Shown here: one piece after another, positions 24,808-38,486 of the stretch | How the letters are laid out: each line of letters opens with the position of its first letter | Numbering within the stretch: position 1 is the stretch's first letter | From: Isurus oxyrinchus | Lineage: Eukaryota | DNA: 64,000 bases | Assembly (NCBI GenBank): GCA_026770705.1 | Contig: JANJGN010000017.1 | Location: 41,664,001-41,728,000, forward strand | Reading direction: 5' to 3' | Translations under genes and position numbers: made by a program | The notes under the pieces: model-generated | Databases searched by the model: none | Seen by the model: only the letters and a program-made list of their open reading frames with translations | Told to the model about the DNA's origin: nothing

Positions 24808-27010
24808 TTTTTTTTAATTCTTTCATCGGATGTGGGTGTTGCTGGCAAGTCCAGCATTTGTTTTCCATCCCTATTTGCCCTTGAGAAGGTGTTGTGGAGC
24901 CGTTTTTTTGAACCGCTGCAGTCCATGTGGTGTAGGTACACCCATGAGGCTATAAGGAAGGAAGTTCCAGGATTTTGGCCAGTGACAGTGAAGGAATGGC
25001 AATATATTTCCAAGCCAGGATGATGAGTGGCTCAGAGGTAAACTTGCAGATGATGGCGTTCCCATGCTTCTGCTACCCTTGTCCTTCTAGGCGGTAGAGG
25101 CTGTAGGTTGGAAGGTGTTGTTGAAGGAATGTTGGTGAGTTGCCGCAGTGAATCTTGTACATGGTACACATGCTGCTACTTTTTTTTATTCATTCATGGG
25201 GTGTGGGCTTCACTGGCTGAGCCACATTTATTGCCCATCCTTGGTTGTCCTTAAGAAGGTGGTGGTGAGCTGCCTTCTTGAACCATTGCAGTCCATGTGG
25301 TGTAGGTACACCCACGAGGCTGTAAGGTAGAAAGTTCCAGGATTTTGAACCAGTGACAGTGAAGGAACAGCGATATATTTCCAAGTCAGGATGGTGAGTG
25401 ACTTGGAGAGGAACTTCCAGTTGGTGGTGTTCCCATCTATTTGCTGCCCTTGTCCTTCTAGATGGTAGTGGTTGTGGGTTTGGAAGGTGCTGTGCAAGGG
25501 GCCTTGGTGAGCTCCTGCAGTGCATCTTGTAGGTGGTACAAACTGCTGCTACTGTGCATCGGTGGTGGAGGCAGTGACTGTTTGTGGAAGGGGTGCCAGT
25601 CAAGTGGGCTGCTTTGTCCTGGATGGTGTCAGGCTTCTTGAGTGTTGCTGGAGCTGCACTCATCCAAGCAAGTGTGAAGCATTCCATCACACCCCTGATT
25701 TATGCCTTGTAGATGGTGGACAGGCTTTGGGGAGTCAGGAAGTAAGTTACTCATCGCATGATTCCCAGCCTCTGACCTGCTCTTGTAGCCACAATATTTA
25801 TATGGCTAGTCCAGCTCAATTTCCGGTCATGGTAACCCCCAGGATTTTGATAGTGGGTTATTCAGTGATAGTAATGCCAGTGAACGACAAGGGGTGATGG
25901 TTAGATTCTCTGTTGTTGGAGATGGTCATTGCTTAGCACTTGTGAGGCATGAATGTTACCTGCCACTTGTCAGCCCAAGCATGGATATTGTCCAGGTCTT
26001 ACAGCATTTGGACATGGACTGCTTCAGTACCTGAGGAGTAACGAATGGTGCTGAACATTGCGCAATCATCATCGAACTTCCCCACCTCTGACCTTATGAT
26101 GGAAGGAAGGTCATTGATGAAGCAGCTGAAGGTGGTTGGGCTGAGGAAATTACCCTGAGGAACTCCTGCACTGAGTCCTGGAGCTGAGATGATTGACCTC
26201 CAACAACTGCAACCATCTTCCTTTGTGCGAGGTATGACTCCAACTTAGCAAGATGTATCAGTGGTGGAGGGAGTGAATGTTTGATGTGCTGGATGGGGTG
26301 GCGATCAAGTGGATTGCTTTGTCATGGATGGTGTCAAGTTTCTTGAGTCTTGTTGGAGCTGCACTCATCCAGGCAAGTGGAGAGTATTCTATCACACTCC
26401 TGACTTGTGCCTTGTAGATGATGTACAGTTTTGAGGAGATGAGTTACTTGCTGCAGTATTCCCAGCCTCTGACCTGGTCTTGTCGCTACAGTATTTATAT
26501 GGCTAGTCCAGTTCAGTTTCTGTCATTGGTAACCCCCAGGATGTTGACAAGTGGGGGATTCAGTGATGGTAATGTCATTGGATGTCAAGGGGAGATGGTT
26601 TGATTTAAGGGGAGATAGTCACTGCCTAGCACTTGTGTGGCACGAATGTTGCTTGTCACTTAACCTGAATGTTGTTCAGGTCTTGCTGCGTACAGACATG
26701 GACTGCTCCAGTAGCTGAGGAGTCGCAAAAGGTATTGAACATTGTGCAATCATCAGTGAATGTCCCCACTTCTGACCTTATGGTAGTGAGAAGGCCATTA
26801 ACGAAACAGACGAAGACGATTAGGCCTAGGATACTGCCCTAAGGAGTTCCTGCAGTGATGTCCTAGAACTGAGATAATTGACATCCAACAACCACAACCA
26901 TCTTCCTTCGTGCTTGTATGATTCCAACCACTGGAGAGTTTTCCCCCTGATTCCCATGGACTGCAGTTTTGCTAGCGTCTCCAGCAAAAACTTCTCTTCT
27001 GACACCACTA
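24808..27010 (-). mobile_element. CR1/L2-superfamily LINE 3' part with a second copy of the same family nested at ~25179-26245
   Basis: Two 3' ends (ttt..attc(a/t)ttcat.gg.tgtggg) at ~24808 and ~25179. RT C-terminal MECFTLAWMSAAPATLKKPDTIQDKAA..SWNFLP. The outer copy resumes at ~26255. Confidence 0.75.
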
Positions 27011-27015
27011 TCATT

Positions 27016-27140
27016 AGAACCATAGAACACTATAGCACAGAAAACAGGCCATTCGACCCTTCTAGTCTGTGCCAAAATATTATTCCGCTAGTCCCATTGA
27101 CCTGTACCTAGTCCATAACCCTCCAGACCCCTCCCATCCA
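27016..27140 (-). mobile_element. CR1 3' end fragment
   Basis: agaaccatagaacactatagcacagaaaacaggccattcg is the reverse complement of a CR1 3' tail and stem-loop. Confidence 0.7.
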
Positions 27141-27349
27141 GTTACCTCTGGAGTCCCCAAGGTTCTTTCATTGGTTCAATTTTTTTTCCAGAACAAGGTC
27201 GTATAATGTCAAATCGTCATGAACAGATCAAATAAAGAATTCATCAGAAATTGCTTTACACAAGGAATGTTAATTTAGGCCACAATGGAAGCAAAAAGGA
27301 TAATTTTGTAAGCCTTGCTTGGAGTGAGCATGATGGCGAAATTGAAGCT

Positions 27350-28000
27350 ATCATAGAATGACACAATGCAGAAGACCATTCTTCCAATCATGCCTGTGCT
27401 AGCCTTTTGTTAAAGTTATCCACTTAATCCCACTCTGCTGCTCTTTCCCTATAGCCCTGTAAATTAGCTTCCTTCAAGTATTTATCCAATTTTCTTTTGA
27501 AAGTCATTATTGACTCTGCTTCCATCCTTTCAAGCAGTGCATTCCAGATTGCAACAACTCATGTAAAAAATGTTTTTTTTAATGTTGCTGCAGGGTTTTC
27601 TTTTTGCCAATTACCTTAAATATATGTCCTCTGGTTACTGACCCTTCTGGTACTGGAAACAGTTTCTCCTTATTTACTTTATCAAAACAATTCATGATTT
27701 TGAAAACCTCTATCAAATCTGCTCTTAATCCTCTCTGCTCTAAGGAGTAGAATCCCAGCCTGACCATATACAATCACTGAAGTCCTTCATCCCTGGTACC
27801 AATTTAGTAAATATATTCTGCATCCTCTTCAAGGTCTGGCCATCCTTTCTAAAGTGTGGTGCCCAAAGTTGAGCAAAAAACACAAGCTGAAGCCTAATCA
27901 GTGTTTTAAAAAGGTTTTGTATTACTTCCTTGCTTTTGTCCTCTATTCCTGTACTAATAAAGCCCAGGATCCCATAAGTTTTTTTTTAACAACTTTCCTT
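27350..28000 (-). mobile_element. CR1 3' fragment
   Basis: ORF 27579..27773 (LGFYSLEQRGLRADLIEVFKIM..TRGH.FKV) with a tail near 27352. Confidence 0.8.
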
Positions 28001-28339
28001 TTACACTGGCCCAAAAGGCTGTTTTGACATTTATACATTGAATGAATCTAGCAGGGAGTTGAAAAAAATCAATTGCTGCCTAATTTCCTGGCCCTCACAT
28101 GTCTAATTTGTTGACTGGAAGTCAGCCTGATTTTCTCTACATCATTATCAAGCTGATTTCTAAAGCCATGTTATTATAGCCCTGTCTCTGACCTGCATTC
28201 ACGTCTACTAAAGCATTCTGCCAGTCGCAGAACTTCTTAAAATTACCTCCAGAGTGACTGGAAGACATTTAGTTCCTGAAATAGACCAATTTGAACCATT
28301 TTTCAGGGGTTTTGCTGATCTTGGAGATCAGGAAAATTG

Positions 28340-29855
28340 CAGCGGAATTTCAGGGCTTCGGTTTCTTTCAAAAGCATCGTGGCCTGAATCTTCTGGTTGA
28401 TGTGCAGGGGTGGGACCTGCTCGCCAAGGTGTAAGATGACGCACGGTAATGTCGGGCACCTGTGACAGAAGCACTAAACACCATATTCATTTTAGCAAGT
28501 TTTGGCGAAAGATCAGAACTTTTCACAAACATTATGGCCACGATATTGGGCTGCATTGCATCCAGGGTTTGACACAATGTGCGCCAAATGGTACCAAAAT
28601 ATTATCTGTGTATGCACACGCACACTCCTGGTCTAGCGCATGTCAAATCAGTGTTGAGGGTGTTAGCACAGACATTAGGATTGTACCCTGAAGCATGCGG
28701 AGTAGATAGATCATGATATCAGCTAGCTTATAATGTCGCTCTCACTAACACCTCTTAACCTTGCATTGCTGAGCATGCATTCAGCAGCAGGAAGCACTGC
28801 CTCCCCCCCGCCACCACCACCACCCCACCCCGGCCCCGGCCAACCAGTGCTAATTAAAGGGTTAGTTTCTGATTGTTTTCTGTTTGAGCATGTTTTGAGG
28901 AATTGGATACAGTTGCTGATGTCTGCAGGGAGTCCTGCTGTATGTGCAGAAGCCATTGGTTGTGACTACAGATGCTCTAGGCACACCCAGACCCTGCTTC
29001 CAGTCATGGGTGGTACAGTTACAATTCCCCTTGAGCTGCAGCATGAGAGGAAGATGGAAGAGAGGCAAAAAAGTGGAGGAAAGCTCCTTGCAGAGAGAGG
29101 AGGAGTGGGAGAAAGCTAGGCTCTCAGTTGGATGCCTTATCCGCCTAAGGTGTTCTGGGAGCACTTCTTCCCTCCAACTAAAGCCAGGTTGTGCAATGTG
29201 TCTATTGTCTTTGTTTATGAAGGGAGTGCTCACAGAACTCTGTCACTGCTTGGAATCAGAGCTGCACCTCAGAACAGGGCAAGGACAGCACTGCCTGTGG
29301 CTGCGAATATGACTGTGCCCTTGAAATTCTTTGTGTTTGGATCCTTCCAGGCTGAAGCAAGTGAAATATCTAACATTTTCCAGTTCAGTGTTCCCTGTGG
29401 CATCAGAGATGTGACAGACACTCATAATACCTGGAGCAAGGAGTTCATTATGTTCTCTCTGAACAGAGAGAAGCAAGCGGAGCATGCATGTAGTTTTACC
29501 AGGTTAGTGGGCTTCCCTTTGCTGCTGGGCCATCAGTTATAGACATGGCTTTGTGGGCATCACATCTCAATATTGCGATGAACCACAATCGCAAAGGCTA
29601 TTGCTTGCTGAATGGGCAGTCGGTGTGCAACCGTGCTCAGCATATCCTACTGGTGAATGCCCGCTGTCCTGGCAGCAGTCATATTGCTTTTGTTCTGTGC
29701 CAATCCACAATTCACTCAGCCTTTCAGCTGCTATGTTCAAAGCACACGTTGTCTGCTATGGAGGTCAAGGGTTCTCTGCTGACCACCTGACTCCTGACTC
29801 CATTCAATGTTCCAGTTTCATGTGGCCAGCCATGCTGTCACGAGAAACAACATAG
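28340..29855 (+). mobile_element. Second Harbinger transposon, left part with decayed transposase
   Basis: LPVAA..TVPLKFF.FGSFQ, GFP, NRKGY.LLN.Q.VC, VNARCPGSSH.AFVL, which are HARBI1-like. Frameshifted. Confidence 0.8.
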
Positions 29856-32009
29856 AGTATGAAGTGGATCATAATCCTGGCCCCTTTTTGAGACTATTCC
29901 GGATCAGGTGTACTCCTCGGATGATTACTCTCACTTAAGGTTGAGAAATACAGACATCACAGACATTTAAATGGGTCTGAAGAACTGATCTAACTCCTCC
30001 TGAAGGACTGGAGACACCAGAGAATATTACCGTGCTCCAGGTAGCATTTTTAACAAGTTTTAACTAGGTTGTAGCAACCCGGATATTATAAGGGTCCGGA
30101 CATCTCTCCTCAATAGTGTATCTCTCCACTGAAGTGTGTATGGAGGTAGTTTATGAGTTTGGATACAGAAGACTGTATGTGACAATATATTTTCTAAATT
30201 ATATAAATATAACAAAATAACCAAACATGCAATTCATTTTTGATGGTAACAATAACATTGACAGTTCTAGAAAAAGTAAGCATAATCTTGTTTCTATTAG
30301 AGAATCCAAGACTTATTAATGTTACAGAGCGAAATTTTAATATACCTATCAATATTTAAAGTAGTACTTACCTTAATTCCATGAGTAAAGCCACTGAGCC
30401 TAGTAAGATACCTCTATCCCAATTAAGGGATAGCAATGCCATTACCTTGAGAGGTGCTGGAGTGAATCCAACAAATCTAAAAATCCTACTGTATGGTTCT
30501 GATATTTGTACCATACAAGAACTGAAGCAGCAGAAAGCATGTTGAGCACTCATGTTGGACAACATCCTTGTTTTCATCAACACCCTTCATTTTAGAATAG
30601 AAGGTCAATTTAGAATTTGAGAATGCAGATAGTGGTCCCTACGCTCAGTTTCCAGGATTCGGTTAACAAGTTATTTAGTGTCATCCTTCAGGTTATCCAT
30701 TGTTAGATGGATTATCTATTGTAGTATTTTATAATTTATCAACATTTCACTGAGGTGATGTAGAGGCCAGTTCCTGTTTTTTCAGGACTGCCTTGTGTTT
30801 AAGGATATGCCATATTCTATGCTACAGGATGTTGGTGTGCTTGAACATCCAATATGCTGGTATGTTTATAATCTTTTAAACCCTTATCCAGCAAGTGAAC
30901 TCTGTTTTTAATTTTTAACCCCTACTTGATAGAAGAATCGCTATTTTAATCTTATAACGGCATTCCTTCACAAGTGGACCATTGGGTGCGGAAGCAATGG
31001 TTCCACTGCCTCAACCTCTCTGGAGGAAAGCTCCAGTACTCATTGGAGTAGGTGTCCTGATTCATGAAGACCAGCACAAAAACACATCCCTTGGCACTAG
31101 GGTACAGTGAGCACCTCAGGAGGAGGAGCAGGGGCAGGGAGAGGTGGAGACAATCGGCACATCCACATTCTTACTAGGCTGCCTGTGAACATCTTCACTT
31201 GTCTCTGGATCCCATGAACAAACCCCATTGTACAACCGTCCCAGACCTTCCCATCCTTCTATTATGGACCACGACAGTTTCCTCTTGGCCACACTACTGA
31301 AATAAAAGCCACCAGAAAACAATTCCAGACCACTTTTATCCAATTTTATTCAATATAAAACTCAAATAATCACCCTTTGTGCTTTCCCTTGGTGCCTGTC
31401 TTCCACACGCCTTTGTCCTGGTGTTCCTGTGCAGCATGGCAGGTGGAAGGTTGCTGACTTTCAATGGGGGAACTGCAGCTGGCCTTGAGGGATGACCACA
31501 AGCAGCCCTGGATCTAGAAGGCTCAACTTTGGACAGCACCACCTTGACATAGGCAGCAGCAATCTGGTCTAGCTGGAGATAACAGCACGGGCACTGGCAG
31601 AGTGGCAGTGGTGGGATGTTATCATCCTGAGAGAAAACAGCAGGTTTATGCACCATGCCACACTGCATCAGCAATCCTAGCAAGGTACTGGAGCACAGCT
31701 TGCTGGACTTCTGAGACACTCTTCAAGTCCCTTTGAGAAATAGTATTGGCAACCATGATGCCCCAGACTGAGTCTGCATGGCAACAAGCTGGGATATCAT
31801 GACATCATCTGAGCTTCCTCTCAGATATTGAGTAGCTTCTGCTTGAGTTGCAATGGAAACAGAGACATCAGCCATCAGATGCTGCATCTTGGTTGGGTTC
31901 GCAAGTGTTCTCATGGGTTTGACCACCACTTCCACACTGGAGAGAATGAATTCCAAGTTCTGCACAAAGCCCTGATCTAAGTTGGTGCGAGATGTCTCTA
32001 TGTTCCTTT

Positions 32010-33055
32010 GACAGGAAATCTAAAGGATTTCTAAAGGGGAAGTCGTGTTTAACTAACTTGCTGGAGTGTTTTGAAGAGTTAACAGAGAGGGCTGATGAGG
32101 GTAATGCTGTTGATGTGTACATGGACTTTCAAAAGGCATTCGATACAGTGCCACACAAAAGACTTGTGAGAGAAGTTATAGCTCATGAAATAAAAGGGAC
32201 AGTAGCAACATGGATACAACATTGGCTGAGTAATAGGAAACAGAGGGTAATGGTCTATGGACGTTTTTCGGGCTGGAGGCATTTTTGTAGTGGAGTTCCC
32301 CAGGGGTCAGTATTGGGACCCTTGCCTTTCCTGAAACATACTGATGATCTAGATCTTGGTGTACAAGGGACAATTTCAAAGTTTGCGGATGATACAAACT
32401 TGGAAGCATTGTAAACTTTGAGGAGGACAGTGTAGAACTTCAAAAGCACATAGACAACTTGGTGGAGTGGACAGATAAGTGGCTGGTCAAGTTCAATGCA
32501 GAGAAGTGTGAGGTGATTCATTTTGGTGAGAAGAACATGGAGAGACAATATAAAATAAGGGGTGCCATTCTTAAGGGTGTACAGGGGCAGAGAGACCTGG
32601 GTGTATATGTGCATAGATCATTGAAGGTGGTAGGGCAGGTGGAGAGAGCAGTTAATAAAGCATACAGTATCCAGGGCCTTATTGATAGGGGCATAGAGTA
32701 TAAGAACAGGGAGGTTATACTGAGCTTATATAAGACATTAGTTAGGCCTCAGCTGGAGTATTGTGTACAGTTCTGGGCGCCACACTATAGGAAGGATGTG
32801 ATCGCATTGGAGAGAGCAGAAGAGGTTTACAAGAATGGTTCCAGGGATGAGAAACTTGAGCTATGAAGATAGATTAGAGAGGTCAGGACTGTTCTCCTCG
32901 GAGAGGAGAAGGCTAAGAGGAGCTTTGATAGGCATATTCAAAATCATGAGAGGGCTGGATAGAGTAGAAACTGAGAAACATTTCTCGCTCGTAAAAGGAT
33001 CTAGAACGAGAGAGCACAGATTTAAAGTGATTTGCAAATGTGATGTGAGAAAAAC
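32010..33055 (+). mobile_element. CR1 RT fragment
   Basis: GFLKGKSCLTNL, YMDFQKAFD, GVPQGSVLGP, KFADDT, RPQLEYCVQFW. Confidence 0.9.
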
Positions 33056-33384
33056 TCCTTATCTGAGTCCCCTGCAACAGAACCCATCTGCAACCTTATC
33101 CTCTGTGGAACTGCCACCTGTCCTACCTTCTCCCCCAGCTGCAGGCCACTCATGCCCGATGATTCATCAGTTAGAGATTCTGCTTCTGTGCTTTCCTCTA
33201 AAGTACACTCAGTGCCAATATCAGAGCTGGTGGCTGCAGTATCAGATCGGACAATGGTGTTTCTTTATCATTAGTGCCATGCTCCTCCTGGTCTTCAGGC
33301 TCCTTCACCAGGGCCTGGCTGAGTAGCAGTTCTTGGGCATCTGATTTGAGGAAGGCACAAAGGTGATCCATATTAATGTCCTAG

Positions 33385-34328
33385 ATGGCCGTGCAGGGCT
33401 CAATATCAAAATCTGCAGATGACACAAAATTTAGAAGTAGTGTGAAATGTGAGGAAGATTGTGACAGAAATTCCAGAGGACATAGAGTGGTGGAATGGAC
33501 AGACACATGGCAGATGAAATTTAATGGAAAGAAGTGTGAAGTCATACATTTTGGTAGGAATAATGAGGAAAGGCAATGTAAAATAAATAGTGCAATTTTA
33601 ATAGGGGTGTAGGAACAGAGAGACCTAGGTATATATGTGCACAAATTATTGAAGGTGGCAGGGTAGGTTGTGAAAGTGGTTAAAAGGGCGTACGGGATCC
33701 TGAGTTTTATAAACTGAGGTATAGAGTAGAAAAGCAAGGAACTTATGATGAACCTTTATAAAACACTGGTTCAGCCTCAGCTGGAGTATTGTGTCCAAAT
33801 CTGGACACCATACTTCAAGAAGGATGTTTAGACTTTAGAGAGGGCCTAGAAAAGATTTATGAGAATGAGGGACTTCAGTTATGTAGATAGATAAGAGAAG
33901 CCGCGTTTTTTTCTTAGAAAGGAGAAGCTTGAGGGGAGATTTGATAGATATGTTCAAAATCATTAGGGACCCAGACAGAGTAAGTAGAGAGAAACTGTTT
34001 CCATTGGCAGAAGGGTCAAGAACCAGAGGACATTGATTTAAGATGATTTGCAAACATGAGACTAATGGAAACATGAAGATTTTTTTTTTTACACAGTGAA
34101 TGGTTAAGATCTGGAATGTACTGCCTAAGAGTGTGGTGGAGGAAGATACAAACATGATTTTCAAAAGGGAATTGGATAAAACGTGAAGAGAAAATAATTG
34201 CATGGCTATGGGGGAAAGATGGGGGAGTGAGACTAGCTGATTTGAATTGCAGAGAACCTGCACAGACATAATGGCCTGCTGAATGGCCTCTTTCTGAGCT
34301 GTAGCTATTTTTTTGATTTTATGATTCT
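33385..34328 (+). mobile_element. CR1 3' fragment with tail
   Basis: SKSADDTK..WQMKFN.KKCEVIHFG; ends gaatggcctctttctgagctgtag...ttttatgattct. Confidence 0.85.
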
Positions 34329-37300
34329 TGGGATAAGGTAGTGGTGAGGGTAGGTGGGGGGAGCTAGTAATGTATGCTTATACCATCATATTTAATGAGA
34401 TTGTAGGGTGAGGGGAAAGTTGGAAGTGAGGAAAAGAATTCGGTAGGACCATACCATTATCTTCTATGATCTCAGCCCTCCCACTGGCCATGGCCTTGAT
34501 GGCAGCTGCTCCAAGTATGATGACCATTCTTTCCTCCATTGGGTTGAGGAGATGTGGCTGTGTCAATCTTCTACTGGTTAACTGTTGCTGCCTGGTCCTG
34601 CAGGAAATTGGGGAGTGTTAGTGAGTGTAATGCGGTGTGTATGGGTGATGTGACTGTCATGGTGAATAGCTATTAGTGTTTGTAAACTGGGAGATATGAG
34701 TGCAGCTTGCAGTCATGCTAAGTGTGAGAGAGTGAGCTGAAGCTATGAAATTGAGGAATAAGTTGTGCTTAATAGAGAATGTTCATGGGTGAGTGAAGAG
34801 GATGTAGTGAATTGAGCTGAGTGTGAGGTTGATGGTTCAGTTGTAAGGATATTGTTTTGTTTTGGGGTTGAGATGGGGTTCTTTGGGATGTGCCGATCTT
34901 CCCTAAGTAAGCTATTCAAGACTGTAGTTTGTTAAGACCATTATTACTTGTTTACAGCTCTATGTACATCTTGGAACTCTGCAGGCAGTTGGACTTCTCC
35001 ACTCGCCAAAGCTCTGTTACTTGGACATGTGTCATTACATCATCGTTACATCAGCATCACATGCTTTTGATGTTAACCCTTTACTCTACATTTCCCCCCA
35101 CATCTTCATCCTAACTATATACATCTGCTTAACATCTCCCCTAAAGTCTCAGACTTCACAGGGTTAGTCTCTGAGGTGCCTTGCCCAATCTCCCTGATCT
35201 TGCTCTGATCTCTTTCTGAGGTCGAGGACATTTTGCTCTCTCTCTTTGTTCAATATGAGTGACTTTCGCCTGGGTGGTTGTAGAGCTTTGTCTTGTTTCT
35301 TGATCTTCATCTCCGTCTGGATCTGAATAGTAAGCCCAAGTTTCTGTCAACTTTCTTTCCAACGATATTAAGGCACTGTGGGTTCTCCTCATATTTTCCT
35401 GGTCCATCTCAATCCTGTAAGATCTTAGTTGTGGAGCTCTTTCTATTATTATGCCTTCTTTTTACTAGCCTTGTGGCCATACTCTCTCCCCAGGCTGTCG
35501 CACTGTTAAGTCTTGTACTCTGTGCCTGAGGTTGAAGTTACAAACTTATTTGTGTCTCTGCTCCTCTTCACAGTTTTTAACTCTCTTATGGTCATTGGAG
35601 TTGATATTTGGTTCTAGTTTCTGTTGCAGAGCTGAAAGTTGTGTTCTCAGGTTATCTTCCCATTAACAGCTGTGAGGGTGAGAACCCATTTTGCAGTGGT
35701 GAGATTCAGTAACTAAGAAGGGCTAAGTTGAGATCTTCATTTTTCTTCCAGTCTTTGACTTTAATGATTTCAGCTTCCCCATTTGATTGAGGATATTGAG
35801 GTGAGACACTCATGTGAATGAACCCATATTCCTTTGCAAAGTTGTGGAATAATTCATTAACAAATTGTGGACCATGTTCTGACACTACAATGTCCAGGAT
35901 GCCACATGTTGCATAGGTTCTCTTCAGTGAATGAATGACTGCTTCTGCCATGATGCTGTGCAATCTGTTTGCTTCAATCCATCTGGAGCAGTAATCAATG
36001 ACAAAAAGGAATACCTAGCCTTTAAAATTAAATGAATCCATTCCCAGGTGCTCCCATGGCCTTGATTGAAAAGTGGAGTGAGACAGTGGTTCTTTTTGCT
36101 CTTGGCTGTTCACTGCACATGTAAGGCAATTCAAAATTAGTTCTTCAATAGAGTGAGTAATGCCTGGCCACCAGCCTGATTGCTTGGCGCTTACTCCACA
36201 ATTTGCTATCCCTAAGTGACCTTGATGAATTTTTTGGAGAATATCAAGCCTAAGTCTTTTCAGATTGACTGTTTTGTCATTAAAAACTAGTAGATCATCA
36301 ATGATTGTGTCATAATTATAGTTTTGGAAAATGTTGGACTGTAGCTTTAAGAATAATCCTGTGTTGTAAGATCACATGATTTATGTAAACCAATTATTAG
36401 CAGCACTGGGAACCTCCACTAGAAAGTTCTTCTTTAGTTATGGAGTTTGATGTACACATGAGGTTGCTGCTGCTGTCTTGTAAATAAAATTAAATGTTTC
36501 CACCTAGAAAAGTTGTCTGAAGATCAACTCTACAAAAAACTGGCGATGAGGGTAAATCAGATTCGGTGCTGTACCTCACCCAGTGATTGTGGGTGTCTAC
36601 GTTCGTTAAAAATAAAAGATATACTCATCCGAAATGCCACAGTTTGGTGGAATTGATCCATTTGAGCCAGCTACAGATGCTTGGTCTCAATATATAGAAC
36701 GTCTTGCGTTCTTCTTTCAAGCAAACTAAATCGCAAGGGAGGAAAAGAAGAGAGCGATTCTCCTGAGTATTTGTGGGAGCAAAACCTACAGTTTAATTCG
36801 AAGCTTGTCGGCTCCCTTTGCCCCAGATTCGAAGACTTTCAATGAATTAGTAGACCTCATTAAGGGACATTTTCAACTTAAGTCCTCAGTAACAATGCAG
36901 AGTTTCAGGTTCAATTCACAGAATAGAGCTCTGGGGGAGACAATTGTTGCCTACATGGCGAAATTAAAACAACTAATGGAATATTATGATTTTGGGAAAC
37001 CCTGAATGACATGCTCAGAGATAGTTTAGTATGTGGCGTGCAGGAAGACACTATTTAGTAAAGATTATTGGCTGAAGTGAATCTTGATTTTAAGAAAGCG
37101 TTATAGCACTTTCGAACAAAATAGTGCTGGCAATGGAAAGCGGTGTAAGGGATTCACAAGCAATTCAAGGGGCGCAAAATGGCGCCATTCTCCTCATCGC
37201 GTGGGAACAGTCAGCCAAAAGTGACACAAAAAGCTGGGACTCCACTGCGAAGCAGGAAACAGCCCCAGCTAACCGAAAAATGAGAGGAAACAGCTTAGCA

Positions 37301-37892
37301 ACTAAGTCGAAAAATAACTTTCAGCGATATGGAAGCAATCATTCTTCCAGCAACTGGCAATTTTAAAAAGTATAATGTTATTTTGACACATAATGAGACA
37401 GTGTAAAGTGAGATTTAAACAGGCCTCCAAACCACAAACAAAGTCCAATGAAGCCTATAGTGTAGAAGAGTCAGAAATAACCAATTCTGACATTTATTCA
37501 TTATTCAACATGAAAGTTGGGCAATCAGAGCCAATATTTGTTACAGTGCAAGTGAATGATAAACCATTAAAAATGGAAGTAGACATTGGGTGTTTCTACC
37601 ACTGTAAAGGGAGAACATACCTTCAGATATTTAAATAAAAGTGATCAACAGCTAAATTTGGAACAAACATCTACCAAGTTGAAAATGTACACAGGTGAAG
37701 GATTCCAAATAAAAGGTATCACCAGAGCAACTATTCATTATAGACTCCAGTTGGCTCAGCTACCTGAGGGTCAAGATTCATTGAGTGAAATTAACCTTTG
37801 TTGGCCAGTGAGATTTCAAAAGGAAGCTGGAAGAAAAAGGAACAAAGCAAGTACTTCAGAAAGAGCCTGGAGAGTCCAAGGACCGCAACAGG

Positions 37893-38486
37893 ATGAAAAA
37901 GGAGTATGTAAACATTCAGCAACCTGAAGAAATGAAGACTGTCTTAAACAATGAGATGGAAGAACAGCAGAAGGAACCCAATGAGACTCTGCTGAATGAC
38001 ATAATTCAAGATGAAGCAAGTGAGCTTCACAAAGGAAAGGAAAACCTGTGGAAAGACCTTCACACACTACAAGGATCCCTCTGGTCAAAGTTTGTGCCTC
38101 TAAAAAATTATGAAGAGAAACAGGAAGAATTTAATAGCTCTCTGAACAACCTGGAGAACCAGTTGGCAGAGAAGATGCAACAATGTTCAAATTTCCAGGG
38201 GAAAGCCAATAGATATAAGGAGACAGAAGAGCTGAAGAATCAGCTAAATGAAGCTAAAGAGACTTTGAAAGCAGAAGTTGAAGAACTTTCCATAATGCGA
38301 GCAGATAATGAAGATAATGAAATCATGGGTAGCTCTACTACTGAACTAATTCAAGTTGAGATTGCATCTGAGAGAAGTACGGCTGACAATGAAATCAAAA
38401 AGAAGGCTGAGAATAAATTCTGTGGCAAAAAGAAGAAGACGAGATGTGCAATCAAGATGATATTTCATTATCAGATGCATGGGTAG
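37893..38486 (+). pseudogene. Coiled-coil ORF resembling the UACA/RAI14/ANKRD24-family C-terminal region, carried inside the LTR element
   Basis: 197-aa E/K/Q/N-rich heptad ORF (KEYVNIQQ.EEMK.VL...QDE..ELH...LHTLQ...KFVPLKNYEE...F...L..QLAE). A homologous segment lies at ~14780-15100. The family assignment is from memory of UACA, not from a search. Confidence 0.6.

Larger units (their letters stand above)
30965..34850 (-). mobile_element. Harbinger right part (remnant of convergent Myb-like gene), interrupted by two CR1 fragments
   Basis: 34378..34566 (..LNPMEERMVIILG) is preceded by an acceptor-like ttcctgcag and resembles the Harbinger Myb-protein C-terminal exon. GC-richer Harbinger-like sequence at 30965-32000 and 33060-33380. 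Confidence 0.5.
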
